From Shigella phage SSP1, in sequence record KY963424: a DNA stretch of 64,000 bases; one strand, written 5' to 3'. A program made the translations under genes and the position numbers. Under the pieces are notes generated by a model. The model was not told the origin of the DNA, made no database searches, and saw only the letters and a program-made list of their open reading frames with translations. Below are positions 17,837-25,646 of the stretch, piece by piece (positions within the stretch are counted from its first letter, which is position 1; every line of letters begins with the position of its first letter).

Positions 17837-18177
17837 TGATATTTGGTAAAACAAAAATAGCCCCTGCTGGGGAAAATTTAATTACTCTTAGCCTTTACTA
17901 TAAAGACGAGGATTCTGAGGTAGAGACATTAGAATACGTGGTGGTAGTAAACAGTAAGGCTAAAGAGACAGAATTATTTAATACATTAATAGAGATATCA
18001 AACTGTGAATCTCTACCCCCATTGACCCCTAGAAATGTTGCCCATATGGTTAACCAGCTAGGAATGCTGTGGTATAAATTAGAACCTAGTAAAAGTAATA
18101 CTACAGGAACTTTTAAACCACGAAGAGAGAAAAAGACACAAGTTAGTGATACTAGTCAGCAGGCATGGGATATATGA
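17836..18177 (+). CDS. hypothetical protein
   Basis: ORF in coupled array. Confidence 0.45.
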   Translation: MIFGKTKIAPAGENLITLSLYYKDEDSEVETLEYVVVVNSKAKETELFNTLIEISNCESLPPLTPRNVAHMVNQLGMLWYKLEPSKSNTTGTFKPRREKKTQVSDTSQQAWDI

Positions 18178-18920
18178 TTGAAGAAGCTAATAAATTTAAG
18201 AATATACTCGCTTTAGCAGTAACAGCAGATCACAAATGTCTATCAGAGCTAGAGCCAGATGTCAAACATGCAGTAATGTTTGTTTGTGAGATGTTCCCTG
18301 CTAAATGGGAGGGCAAGAAGATTAAGTTTGATATTAATGCTCCTCAAGCAGATCTAGCGTATTCATACGTGGATATGAACAAAGTATTGAAGTCTTTAGA
18401 TCCAACTGCTAAAGGGCATAGAGCTAACTTTTTACATGTTATTATAGATGAACCTTTGCCAACATATCCAGAAGCAAACGTTCGTCAGGCACTAGAGGCC
18501 TATCCTGAACAACTTCTTATTCCGCCTAAGAAATGTAAGTATGACCATCTTCCCCCTCTAAAATATATGGAGAGTGTTTCTTTCGAGGATATTAATAAAA
18601 CAATTGGAGCTATGATAGCACGGATTGCAGTATCTCATACCCGTAAGATTCCATTAACGGATATTGAAGATAACATTCTTTATGCTATTCATGATGAAGA
18701 GAATACCTTTAGACGTCTTGCGGATGTTCTAGGATTAGGATCATTAACTGCGGCTGTGCTTAACTATGCTCCTAAAACAAATAAATACCCTAGAGGTACG
18801 TTAACCTATGAGGAATCTGGATCAGAATCTTCGTTTCTAGCAACATATATTTACCTAGCATCTAAAGGGGTATATCTCAAAGCCAAGAAGAATCCAAAAA
18901 CGTTAGCAAAATCTTCTTGA
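18165..18920 (+). CDS. hypothetical protein
   Basis: 251-aa ORF; last + strand early gene before the repeat region. Confidence 0.5.
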   Translation: MGYMIEEANKFKNILALAVTADHKCLSELEPDVKHAVMFVCEMFPAKWEGKKIKFDINAPQADLAYSYVDMNKVLKSLDPTAKGHRANFLHVIIDEPLPTYPEANVRQALEAYPEQLLIPPKKCKYDHLPPLKYMESVSFEDINKTIGAMIARIAVSHTRKIPLTDIEDNILYAIHDEENTFRRLADVLGLGSLTAAVLNYAPKTNKYPRGTLTYEESGSESSFLATYIYLASKGVYLKAKKNPKTLAKSS

Positions 18921-19261
18921 CGTTATTAAAAATGTATGTTATAATAATCTCATAGATTAACAATAACTCTTATTGTGAACTCTAGGGGCGATGATTATTA
19001 CAACTCTATTTGCGTCTGTGCTATAGCGGCTAGTCTTAGCGCGGGCCAATATTAGAGTTCTTCCGTAATACTCACGCGCCCCACGAGGAATCTCACATGA
19101 AATGGGGGATCATTTACTTTTAAAACATACGAATATATTTAAAGGCAATATTTGTATTCAAGATGATACACTTGTTGCCGCTCTCCATCTCTAGGATCAC
19201 ATACACTTTCCTAGAAACTCCAGAGTTCTCACGAGATATCACACTTCTAGTGGGCGGTTCT

Positions 19262-19333
19262 CCTAAGTTTCTAGGAACATATACTAGGCGGTTAATACAG
19301 GGCGGTTATGGGGAGGGCGGTTATTTCTAGACA
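19262..19333 (+). repeat. four direct copies of GGCGGTT(A/C)
   Basis: GGCGGTT at 19263, 19297, 19311, 19326. Confidence 0.7.
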
Positions 19334-19366
19334 ACATTTTTTGAAAACACATTTTCAGAAATTATT

Positions 19367-19972
19367 GTCGGATTTGCACACTGACATAAGTTTAAAAACT
19401 GGTCGGATTTGCACAATTGCCTAAGTTTTTAGGAACATATAATCTCCTGAAAATGCCAGCATTATTTCGGGCCGAAGGCCCATGGTTGCCTGAGTTTTTA
19501 GAGCCACAGAAATTTTCACTTGTCAAGCTATTTTGCCCCATTTAGCAAATAAAATTTTACTTTATCTCCACTAATCTCAAATTAACCCAAATCTTCTCAA
19601 CTCTTCCCCAAAATCCCCACAAATCAGGTGCTCCGCACCAAACATGCGCCCCTCTAGCTTCCCCCCCCCCCCTAATTTTCTCTCGCTCTCTCAACTTCTC
19701 CCCAAACCCACACAATCACACACCCTCTCATCGAAGTCACAAAAATATTCCTGAAACCATAAATCTGTCTCCTAGTAAACTCGTGTCGGATTTGCACATA
19801 CCCCACAGGATTCGAACGCAGTTCGAGATTGCTGGAGTTTTTGGGAAAATTCATTGTCGGATTTGCACACTATAAAAATTTTTCGGGTCGGATTTGCACA
19901 CTACCAAAAATTGTCGGATTCGCACATACACGCCCGCACGTAACACCCGTGGAGCAATGTCGGTTTTGCACA
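19367..19972 (+). repeat. dispersed array of seven copies of 14-mer GTCGGATTTGCACA
   Basis: Exact copies at 19367, 19402, 19785, 19856, 19887; one-mismatch copies at 19913 and 19959; same orientation. Confidence 0.85.
19661..19672 (+). repeat. C12 homopolymer within a G-depleted C/A/T-rich tract
   Basis: Twelve consecutive C; surrounding 19560-19780 has about 6 percent G on + strand. Confidence 0.85.
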
Positions 19973-20002
19973 AAAGCGCAGGGCAATTGCCCTGCGCTAA
20001 AT

Positions 20003-20160
20003 ACGAATGATAATAAGAATCATTCTCATTTAAAAAGCGGAATGAGAATGATAATAATTCGCATTTAGAAAGTGAAATGAGAATCAATCTCATTTAAAAA
20101 GTGGAATGATTCTCATTTAGATAGTGGAATGCAAATGATAATGATTCGCATTTAAGAACG
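20003..20160 (+). repeat. tandem array of degenerate AT-rich palindromic repeats (AATGAGAAT...ATTCTCATT / TGATAAT cores)
   Basis: About five tandem units each ending CATTTA(R)AAAG; extra copy at 20491-20512; resembles Fur-box-like GATAAT arrays. Confidence 0.6.
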
Positions 20161-20161
20161 G

Positions 20162-20295
20162 AAGTGAGAAACACTGTTATTTAAGTTATCCACAGACTTA
20201 TCAACAGCACGATTTGACTTGACAAAACCCTAGCCATTTTGAAGCGTTATTAACAGACTTATCCACAGCTTATCCTACTGTATAAATATACAGTA
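20162..20295 (+). repeat. left arm of about 135-bp imperfect inverted repeat carrying DnaA boxes
   Basis: Reverse complement of 23553-23686 aligns with few mismatches; TTATCCACA at 20186-20194 and 20259-20267, TTATCAACA at 20198-20206. Confidence 0.8.
20276..20295. promoter_or_regulatory. LexA (SOS) box-like palindrome TACTGTATAAATATACAGTA
   Basis: 19 of 20 matches to E. coli LexA consensus TACTGTATATATATACAGTA. Confidence 0.55.
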
Positions 20296-20550
20296 TTCCT
20301 ACGCAGTGAATAATTCTAATATAGCGTTAAAACGCTCTCAAACGCATTCTAACGCGTTTAATTTTGGTGGGGATACTAAATCAAGGGCAAAATTGAAGGA
20401 GGCTTGAAAATTAGTTAGCGCGCTAACGATCACACAAGGCGACACGTAACACCCGAATCATTAGCAGGCTAACCATCGCGGGCGCGGTCAAATGAGAATG
20501 ATTATCATTTGAAAATTGGGGCACTTCCAGATAGTTGCGCCCCGTGATTA

Positions 20551-20745
20551 TTAGTCTGGTAGTCGATGCGTGATCTTTTCCTCCTCCCCATATGAGTCCA
20601 CCAAATACTTATAATAACCATCGTGATCATAAATCACTTTATCATATTCGCCACGCTCAACCGCTTGTCGGTTTTCCGGCGTATCGGGCACGTAAAAAAC
20701 ATCAACCATTGTACTAGTTTTGGTTACAACAATTTTATTGCTCAT
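20551..20745 (-). CDS. hypothetical protein (cassette gene 8)
   Basis: 64-aa ORF, GC-richer composition, last gene of minus-strand cassette. Confidence 0.45.
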   Translation of the reverse strand: MSNKIVVTKTSTMVDVFYVPDTPENRQAVERGEYDKVIYDHDGYYKYLVDSYGEEEKITHRLPD

Positions 20746-20855
20746 AATAACTCCCTAGTAAATATATTTTTGCCAATAGTGGCGAACGTTATCGCCCCCA
20801 GCGGAATCATTAGCGGCCTTACTATTACCAACGAAAGTATATAATCTCATTAGTA

Positions 20856-21017
20856 TTATTTTCCTTGCATTAATTTATATATAACGAACATTCCGCAAAA
20901 CTGCCCTAATATAGTGCAGACAACAAGGGATAACACAATATTGCCGATTGTGTTATAAATAACCATACCAACAATAAGGGATAACGCATATCCTAGCAAA
21001 GCAATATAAACAGCCAT
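20856..21017 (-). CDS. small two-TM membrane protein (cassette)
   Basis: ATG one nt after upstream stop; hydrophobic MAVYIALLGYALSLIVGMVIY and LSLVVCTILGQFCGMFVIY. Confidence 0.45.
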   Translation of the reverse strand: MAVYIALLGYALSLIVGMVIYNTIGNIVLSLVVCTILGQFCGMFVIYKLMQGK

Positions 21018-21018
21018 A

Positions 21019-21363
21019 TTATTTACCCATTTTTCGAAACGCTGTTTCAATACTATCAGCCGTGGATTGAATATATGCTCCTTTCATTATCAGGCGCTCG
21101 GTGCACACCTTACGGAAAATATTAATAAAATCATCCTCATTTTCTGCAATTAATGCTTCACCCATAACCTGAACGTCGCAAGCTGCAAAGGTTAAAAATT
21201 GAAACGCTAGTTCACGGGCAACGACCGCATTGATTTTATAATGCGCCTTACCCTCATAAATATTAATAACGCCCTTATATGCTGGCGAAAGCTGGTTTAA
21301 ATAGCTTGCTAATAATGCCGGGCGGCAGTTAGCAACAAAACGATTTCCCTCATAAATAACCAT
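21019..21363 (-). CDS. hypothetical protein (cassette)
   Basis: 114-aa ORF with GGGAGG RBS supplied by upstream small ORF. Confidence 0.55.
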   Translation of the reverse strand: MVIYEGNRFVANCRPALLASYLNQLSPAYKGVINIYEGKAHYKINAVVARELAFQFLTFAACDVQVMGEALIAENEDDFINIFRKVCTERLIMKGAYIQSTADSIETAFRKMGK

Positions 21364-21364
21364 T

Positions 21365-21490
21365 TTATAACCTCCCGATCAGATAGCCCGATAATAACAT
21401 AAAGATCCCCAGCGAAAGAGGATCATTCTTAAATAAGGTGGCGATAAAACCGCCAGCCATTGCAAGGGCAATAACAATAACGCTTTTCAT
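21365..21490 (-). CDS. small hydrophobic peptide (41 aa, cassette)
   Basis: ATGA overlap with upstream stop; sequence MKSVIVIALAMAGGFIATLF...; below track cutoff. Confidence 0.4.
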   Translation of the reverse strand: MKSVIVIALAMAGGFIATLFKNDPLSLGIFMLLSGYLIGRL

Positions 21491-21699
21491 AGTACCCCAC
21501 GAAACGCAGCGTAAAAGGTGGCAAAGTGCCTAACCGTTTCAAGGATCACGTTGCCGCGCTTGTCGAATTTCTTTTCAGTAACACGAAAAGCGTTTTTGTT
21601 ACGTGCTACATATTCGATTTTACAATCTGGACGCTCGAATGTGTTAGCATCCACCAGCTTAAAACCTTTCGAACGTGCAAGAGAAACGTTACGAATCAT
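21487..21699 (-). CDS. hypothetical protein (cassette)
   Basis: 70-aa ORF translationally coupled to neighbours. Confidence 0.5.
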   Translation of the reverse strand: MIRNVSLARSKGFKLVDANTFERPDCKIEYVARNKNAFRVTEKKFDKRGNVILETVRHFATFYAAFRGVL

Positions 21700-21701
21700 T
21701 T

Positions 21702-21881
21702 TTATTCTCCTTTACTATTCATGCAGCCCAGCAGATAAGAAAATGCAGCGATACCCGCGCCAATAATAACCATTGGTTTTGTGACTACTAAACCGCAATA
21801 ATCTTGAATGCCGTAAGCGGTGGCGAAAAGGGTCAAAATAGCGCCCAAGATACCCGCCAGAATAGCTCGAAAAATAACCAT
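21702..21881 (-). CDS. small two-TM membrane peptide (59 aa, cassette)
   Basis: GGGGAG RBS; MVIFRAILAGILGAILTLFATAYG...MVIIGAGIAAFSYLLG; below track cutoff. Confidence 0.45.
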   Translation of the reverse strand: MVIFRAILAGILGAILTLFATAYGIQDYCGLVVTKPMVIIGAGIAAFSYLLGCMNSKGE

Positions 21882-21931
21882 TTTTTAATACTCCCCTAGT
21901 TAGTGGGGCGAAAGTAACGCCCCGTTATTAA

Positions 21932-22162
21932 TTACATTAAGATAATTTTTGCAGCTTGTTTTTTGGTGCAATGTTCCGCCTTCAGGGTATCCAGCAAAAA
22001 GCCCGCTGTTTGTTGATCGATTTGATCATTATCATAAAGCGTCTGGATGGTGTTATAAGTTTTAGCAATGCCGTATTCTTGGACCATTTCTTGAATAATC
22101 CAGCGATTTGATACCCAGCCTTTACCAGTGAAAAGAGCGTCAGAAGAAGAAAAAGCAACCAT
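21932..22162 (-). CDS. hypothetical protein (cassette)
   Basis: 76-aa ORF on cassette strand. Confidence 0.5.
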   Translation of the reverse strand: MVAFSSSDALFTGKGWVSNRWIIQEMVQEYGIAKTYNTIQTLYDNDQIDQQTAGFLLDTLKAEHCTKKQAAKIILM

Positions 22163-22277
22163 TTTAAGCCTCCAAATTTTTGGGAAAATTTTCGACCGTC
22201 CTCAAACGGTGTAAAGGCATTATAACAAAAAAGGCCACCATAAAAGGCGACCTTTACAAAACTTTACAATAGGCTAG

Positions 22278-23267
22278 TTATTGCTCGTTTTCGGTGTTAT
22301 TGGTAAAAGTAGAAATATCGATACCTTTTACCATTTCATCGATCATCTCAGCGATGTTAAAACTTTGGACCATTTCCAACATTGCCGCTTCCATAGCCGC
22401 CCCCGCTACCGCTTTCGCTTTCTGGTTACTCGGGGCGTACTGGTCAACCGCTACACTCAGCAGGTTAGCGATCACTACACGACCAACCGGCGTATCAATA
22501 TAGCCTTTGATCATGAACGGTGCTTTTTTAGCCGCTACTTTCGTGATTTGAGTTAGTGCAATTTTACCCGCTTCCAGTTTTGCAGCGTTTACAACGGCAG
22601 ACTTATTGGCGGCAACGATGTTAGCAATCTTGGTCATAGTGTTTTTTCCTTTATTTTCAGTAGTTTGAGTGTGAACGCTTTTAGTGTTAGAATTTACAGC
22701 ATGTTTTTCTATATTGCCAATACTTTCTTCCCTTTCGAAAGAAAATCCGGCGTCAACAATATCGCCGTCATATACCCGATTATATAACTCCGACGGTAGC
22801 AAAAAATTACCGTTATCATCAAAGGCCATTATAGCCGCAAAACGATACCCATCAGAATCCGACCGATTCCAGCCAACTGATAAATAACGCCAAAATGAAT
22901 CAAGAAAATTTTCTACGTCATAAAGATCATTATCATTGGCCTCATAGTTTTCTATTGAAAAAACTTCTAAGCCCGCCCCAGTATCATAGGCTTTTACTGT
23001 GTTGCCTTTTACGATTATGAAATCAGTATCCGGCCCCCGACTAGTGAGTAATTGATAATCCTGATTATACAAAACAAGCGTTGCCCCTTGCTTATATAAC
23101 GGTAGAAAACTATTCATATTATAAGCATCATAAGCATCAAAAAAGTTTTGATGAATAGTTTCAATATTGAAAACAAAATGTTTAATGCTGGTGGTCCTGC
23201 TACCATCCAGCAGGTTACGCAGCGCACCTTTTAAGACGGTTGCGTTATCTGGTTTATATAGCCTCAT
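22278..23267 (-). CDS. hypothetical 329-aa protein (first and largest cassette gene)
   Basis: Long ORF with RBS GAGGAGG; N-terminal Asp/Tyr-rich domain and Ala/Lys-rich helical C-terminal half; no motif I recognise. Confidence 0.6.
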   Translation of the reverse strand: MRLYKPDNATVLKGALRNLLDGSRTTSIKHFVFNIETIHQNFFDAYDAYNMNSFLPLYKQGATLVLYNQDYQLLTSRGPDTDFIIVKGNTVKAYDTGAGLEVFSIENYEANDNDLYDVENFLDSFWRYLSVGWNRSDSDGYRFAAIMAFDDNGNFLLPSELYNRVYDGDIVDAGFSFEREESIGNIEKHAVNSNTKSVHTQTTENKGKNTMTKIANIVAANKSAVVNAAKLEAGKIALTQITKVAAKKAPFMIKGYIDTPVGRVVIANLLSVAVDQYAPSNQKAKAVAGAAMEAAMLEMVQSFNIAEMIDEMVKGIDISTFTNNTENEQ

Positions 23268-23552
23268 TTGTTGGCCTCCTCGTTAATCGGTGAGTGAATG
23301 ATAAGGGTAATTTTCTAGTATAGGCAAAGATTATTTTACTTTTTTATTTTCCTTGCCTAGTGCCTAATTTTATGCTAACCGCGCAGCGGTGTAATAAAGA
23401 GCAAAACACGGCGAAGCCACCAGGGCGCCGCATTGCCGCCACCTGGCCAACGTGTTGGGCCTTTACTTTAATATTACCCCGCAGCGTTTAGCTCGTTAGA
23501 AAGCGTTTTAGGCGGCCTAAAATTGATTGCAGTCGTTAACACTGCCTTTCTA

Positions 23553-23572
23553 CCCTGTATATTTATACAGTA
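23553..23572. promoter_or_regulatory. LexA box-like palindrome (CTGTATATTTATACAG core)
   Basis: CTGT-N8-ACAG with AT spacer, 17 of 20 to LexA consensus; inverted copy of the site at 20276-20295. Confidence 0.5.
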
Positions 23573-23686
23573 GGATAACCTGTGGATAACTCTGTGTAAA
23601 AGTCCCCATATCGCCGCCTATTGTGTCAAATTATTTTGTGCTGTGGATAACGTTGTGGATAACTTAAATGATAGTGGTTCTCACTT
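23553..23686 (+). repeat. right arm of inverted repeat carrying DnaA boxes
   Basis: TGTGGATAA at 23581-23589, 23642-23650, 23654-23662; reverse complement matches 20162-20295. Confidence 0.8.
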
Positions 23687-23696
23687 ATGCCGATAG

Positions 23697-23765
23697 TTTC
23701 TTATAGTTATTATTATAATGGTGATGATTACATATAGCTATTATTATAGTGGTGATGATTTCATA
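23697..23765 (+). repeat. AT-rich direct repeats (two copies of about 31 bp)
   Basis: AGTTATTATTATAATGGTGATGATTACATAT and AGCTATTATTATAGTGGTGATGATTTCATAT in tandem inside a 350-bp AT-rich non-coding stretch. Confidence 0.75.
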
Positions 23766-24045
23766 TAGTTATTATTTCTCATTAATTTATAAGTATATTA
23801 TATATCATGAAATAGTTAGTTGGCTAATGAGATTTTCCGTGATTAATAGTCTGCTAATAGTTCAGGCCGTTACAATCCACCAGCATGATTATCATCCTAG
23901 CAATTATTAGTCTGCTATCTTTCCGATGCATACTAACAAATAAAAGTCAATTAATTAATTTTATAAAATAAGTCATTTGATCTTGATTTTTAAAAGTCAA
24001 GACCTTTTCCAACTATTTTTCAATTTTGCGTTTGTTAATGATTTG

Positions 24046-24285
24046 TTAAGTCGAAAATAGGCGGCCTAAAACGCCCCAGAACGCAATAAAGTTTTTAGCC
24101 ATCCCATCATAAGGGGATATGCCGTTTATCGCTGCCACGAGGTTTTTGGATTTTGTCAAGTAGGGCAGGGCAAATATAAATGAAAAAATTACTTGCCTAT
24201 TTGCTTTGTTTTGTGGTATTCGCGCGCCCGTTTCTTTTAATTTTGGGCCGTCGCCGGACGTGGTGCGGAAAACTGTATTAGCCAT
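24046..24285 (-). CDS. hypothetical protein (doubtful)
   Basis: 79-aa minus-strand ORF without clear RBS or promoter. Confidence 0.25.
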   Translation of the reverse strand: MANTVFRTTSGDGPKLKETGARIPQNKANRQVIFSFIFALPYLTKSKNLVAAINGISPYDGMAKNFIAFWGVLGRLFST

Positions 24286-24286
24286 A

Positions 24287-24314
24287 TTGCTAATAATTTT
24301 GATATAATATAATA
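24287..24314 (+). promoter_or_regulatory. sigma70 promoter (TTGCTA-N16-TATAAT)
   Basis: -35 24287-24292, -10 24309-24314, upstream of HNH gene with AGGAG RBS. Confidence 0.5.
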
Positions 24315-24342
24315 ACCAAATGAAACTAATAGGAGAATACTA

Positions 24343-24684
24343 ATGATTGAACTAACAAAAGATATTGATTTAGAAACCGTACTAGATAACCTTTACTATG
24401 ATGAAACTAGTCCTAGTTGCCTACGGTGGAAAGTATCCCGCCCCGGTTGCGCCCTTCATGGGGTAGCAGGTACTAAACGGAAGGATGGCTATTGGTCTGT
24501 TCAACTAAATAAAGAGCGTTATCTTGCGCATCGTATTGTGTGGTTACTATTTAATTATAAAATAGATAGCAAACTAGTAATTGATCATATTGATCGTAAT
24601 CCTAGTAACAATTTTATTGATAACTTACGGTTAGTAACTCAAGCCGAAAACAACCAAAATAAAGGAGAGTATAGAAAGGCGTAA
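24343..24684 (+). CDS. HNH homing endonuclease
   Basis: LAHRIVWLLF...IDHIDRNPSNNFIDNLRLVTQAENN HNH_3 motif; AT-rich relative to neighbours. Confidence 0.75.
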   Translation: MIELTKDIDLETVLDNLYYDETSPSCLRWKVSRPGCALHGVAGTKRKDGYWSVQLNKERYLAHRIVWLLFNYKIDSKLVIDHIDRNPSNNFIDNLRLVTQAENNQNKGEYRKA

Positions 24685-24804
24685 AATTTACATTTCTTTA
24701 CAAATATAAGGTTGCGCCTTTTTCGTTATTTGTTATTATTTATCTCGTAGGGCGGCAATGACGAACTACACGGCGGGAAGTTTACCGCCGCGCTCTTTAA
24801 AAAT

Positions 24805-24828
24805 TGGGTATATCTTAAAGCCTATCGG
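24805..24828 (+). repeat. left copy of 24-bp inverted repeat TGGGTATATCTTAAAGCCTA(T/C)CGG
   Basis: Reverse complement of 25075-25098 with one mismatch. Confidence 0.8.
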
Positions 24829-24862
24829 CGGTAAACTTATTACATTATAAGGAATCGACGAT

Positions 24863-25066
24863 ATGAAACAAACTTTATTGATCACTGGTAAACCTAGCAA
24901 GGCACTGGATAGCAAAACAAAAAATTTATTGACAGTAGCGCAAAGATCGGTAAAATATCGATTTGAGCAGTACAAGAAAGGCCGCCAGCAAGGTTTAGAA
25001 ATGATCTGGCGAAATATTATGATCGACCTGAAGGAAAATCATAAAAAACTGCAAAAAATAGTTTGA
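24863..25066 (+). CDS. hypothetical basic 67-aa protein flanked by inverted repeats
   Basis: ORF with AAGGAA RBS lying between the two 24-bp repeat copies. Confidence 0.45.
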   Translation: MKQTLLITGKPSKALDSKTKNLLTVAQRSVKYRFEQYKKGRQQGLEMIWRNIMIDLKENHKKLQKIV

Positions 25067-25074
25067 CAACATAG

Positions 25075-25098
25075 CCGGTAGGCTTTAAGATATACCCA
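25075..25098 (-). repeat. right copy of 24-bp inverted repeat
   Basis: CCGGTAGGCTTTAAGATATACCCA is reverse complement of left copy. Confidence 0.8.
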
Positions 25099-25296
25099 GT
25101 TCGATAAGAGCGATAACTTGATACAATTTGACGGTCGGTACTTACCATAATGTGCCCCGCCCCCTAACTGGGATATAGCGGCCCGCGTGGAGTTCCTTAA
25201 ATTGATTTTATAATGGCGAGCGGATTTTTTCTTATTACCTGTTATTTTCCAGCAGGTAATGCGGAACAATCCCCTAAATAACTTGGAGTTTATACC

Positions 25297-25548
25297 ATGA
25301 AAAACGTTATTACCGCGCCTAAAATTGGTCAATCTGTTTTCATCCCTTTCGTTACTAAAACGGATGAATTAACCGGAAAAGCCGAACGTATTAAAGGCGC
25401 GGCGCTCATGCCGTTCGATACAATCGATGCGGTATACGCTGAAACAGAACGCAGTAACAACGGCAAGCCGATTTATAACGTTCGCGTTAAATCTGGCGAC
25501 GTTGTAAAGGTTGTTCAACGCAACGAAAAATGGGAAGCCGTTTTATAA
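25297..25548 (+). CDS. hypothetical pre-early protein
   Basis: ORF preceded by conserved leader CCCCTAAATAACTTGGAGTTTATACC. Confidence 0.55.
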   Translation: MKNVITAPKIGQSVFIPFVTKTDELTGKAERIKGAALMPFDTIDAVYAETERSNNGKPIYNVRVKSGDVVKVVQRNEKWEAVL

Positions 25549-25562
25549 TTTAGTGTTAACTT

Positions 25563-25590
25563 TATATGCCCCAGTAGTTCGGGGCATATA
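25563..25590 (+). other. GC-cored hairpin without U-tract (pre-early intergenic punctuation)
   Basis: 10-bp stem TATATGCCCC/GGGGCATATA with 8-nt loop. Confidence 0.6.
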
Positions 25591-25646
25591 ACGATTAACA
25601 TTATGTTAATCTTATCCCTTAAATTAAATTAATTGGAGTTTATATC

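Larger units (their letters stand above)
19000..20520. other. large non-coding repeat-rich region, candidate injection-stop-signal (ISS)-like locus of the pre-early region
   Basis: About 1.5 kb without credible ORFs containing at least five distinct repeat families, DnaA boxes and palindromes; sits at inner edge of the pre-early block. Confidence 0.5.

Noticed and set aside
19367-19972. Possible CRISPR array suggested by repeated 14-mer
   Set aside because: Repeat is only 14 bp, spacing is highly irregular (about 30 to 400 bp), and there are no cas genes; more consistent with protein-binding sites.
19672-20093. Track ORFs 19672-19854 (-), 19829-20068 (+), 19851-20093 (-) inside the repeat region
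   Set aside because: They lie across low-complexity repeats and the poly-C tract, overlap each other, and lack RBS and promoter context; treated as non-coding.
24766-24975. Minus-strand ORF 24766-24975
   Set aside because: Overlaps the left inverted-repeat copy and the + strand 67-aa ORF; no RBS.
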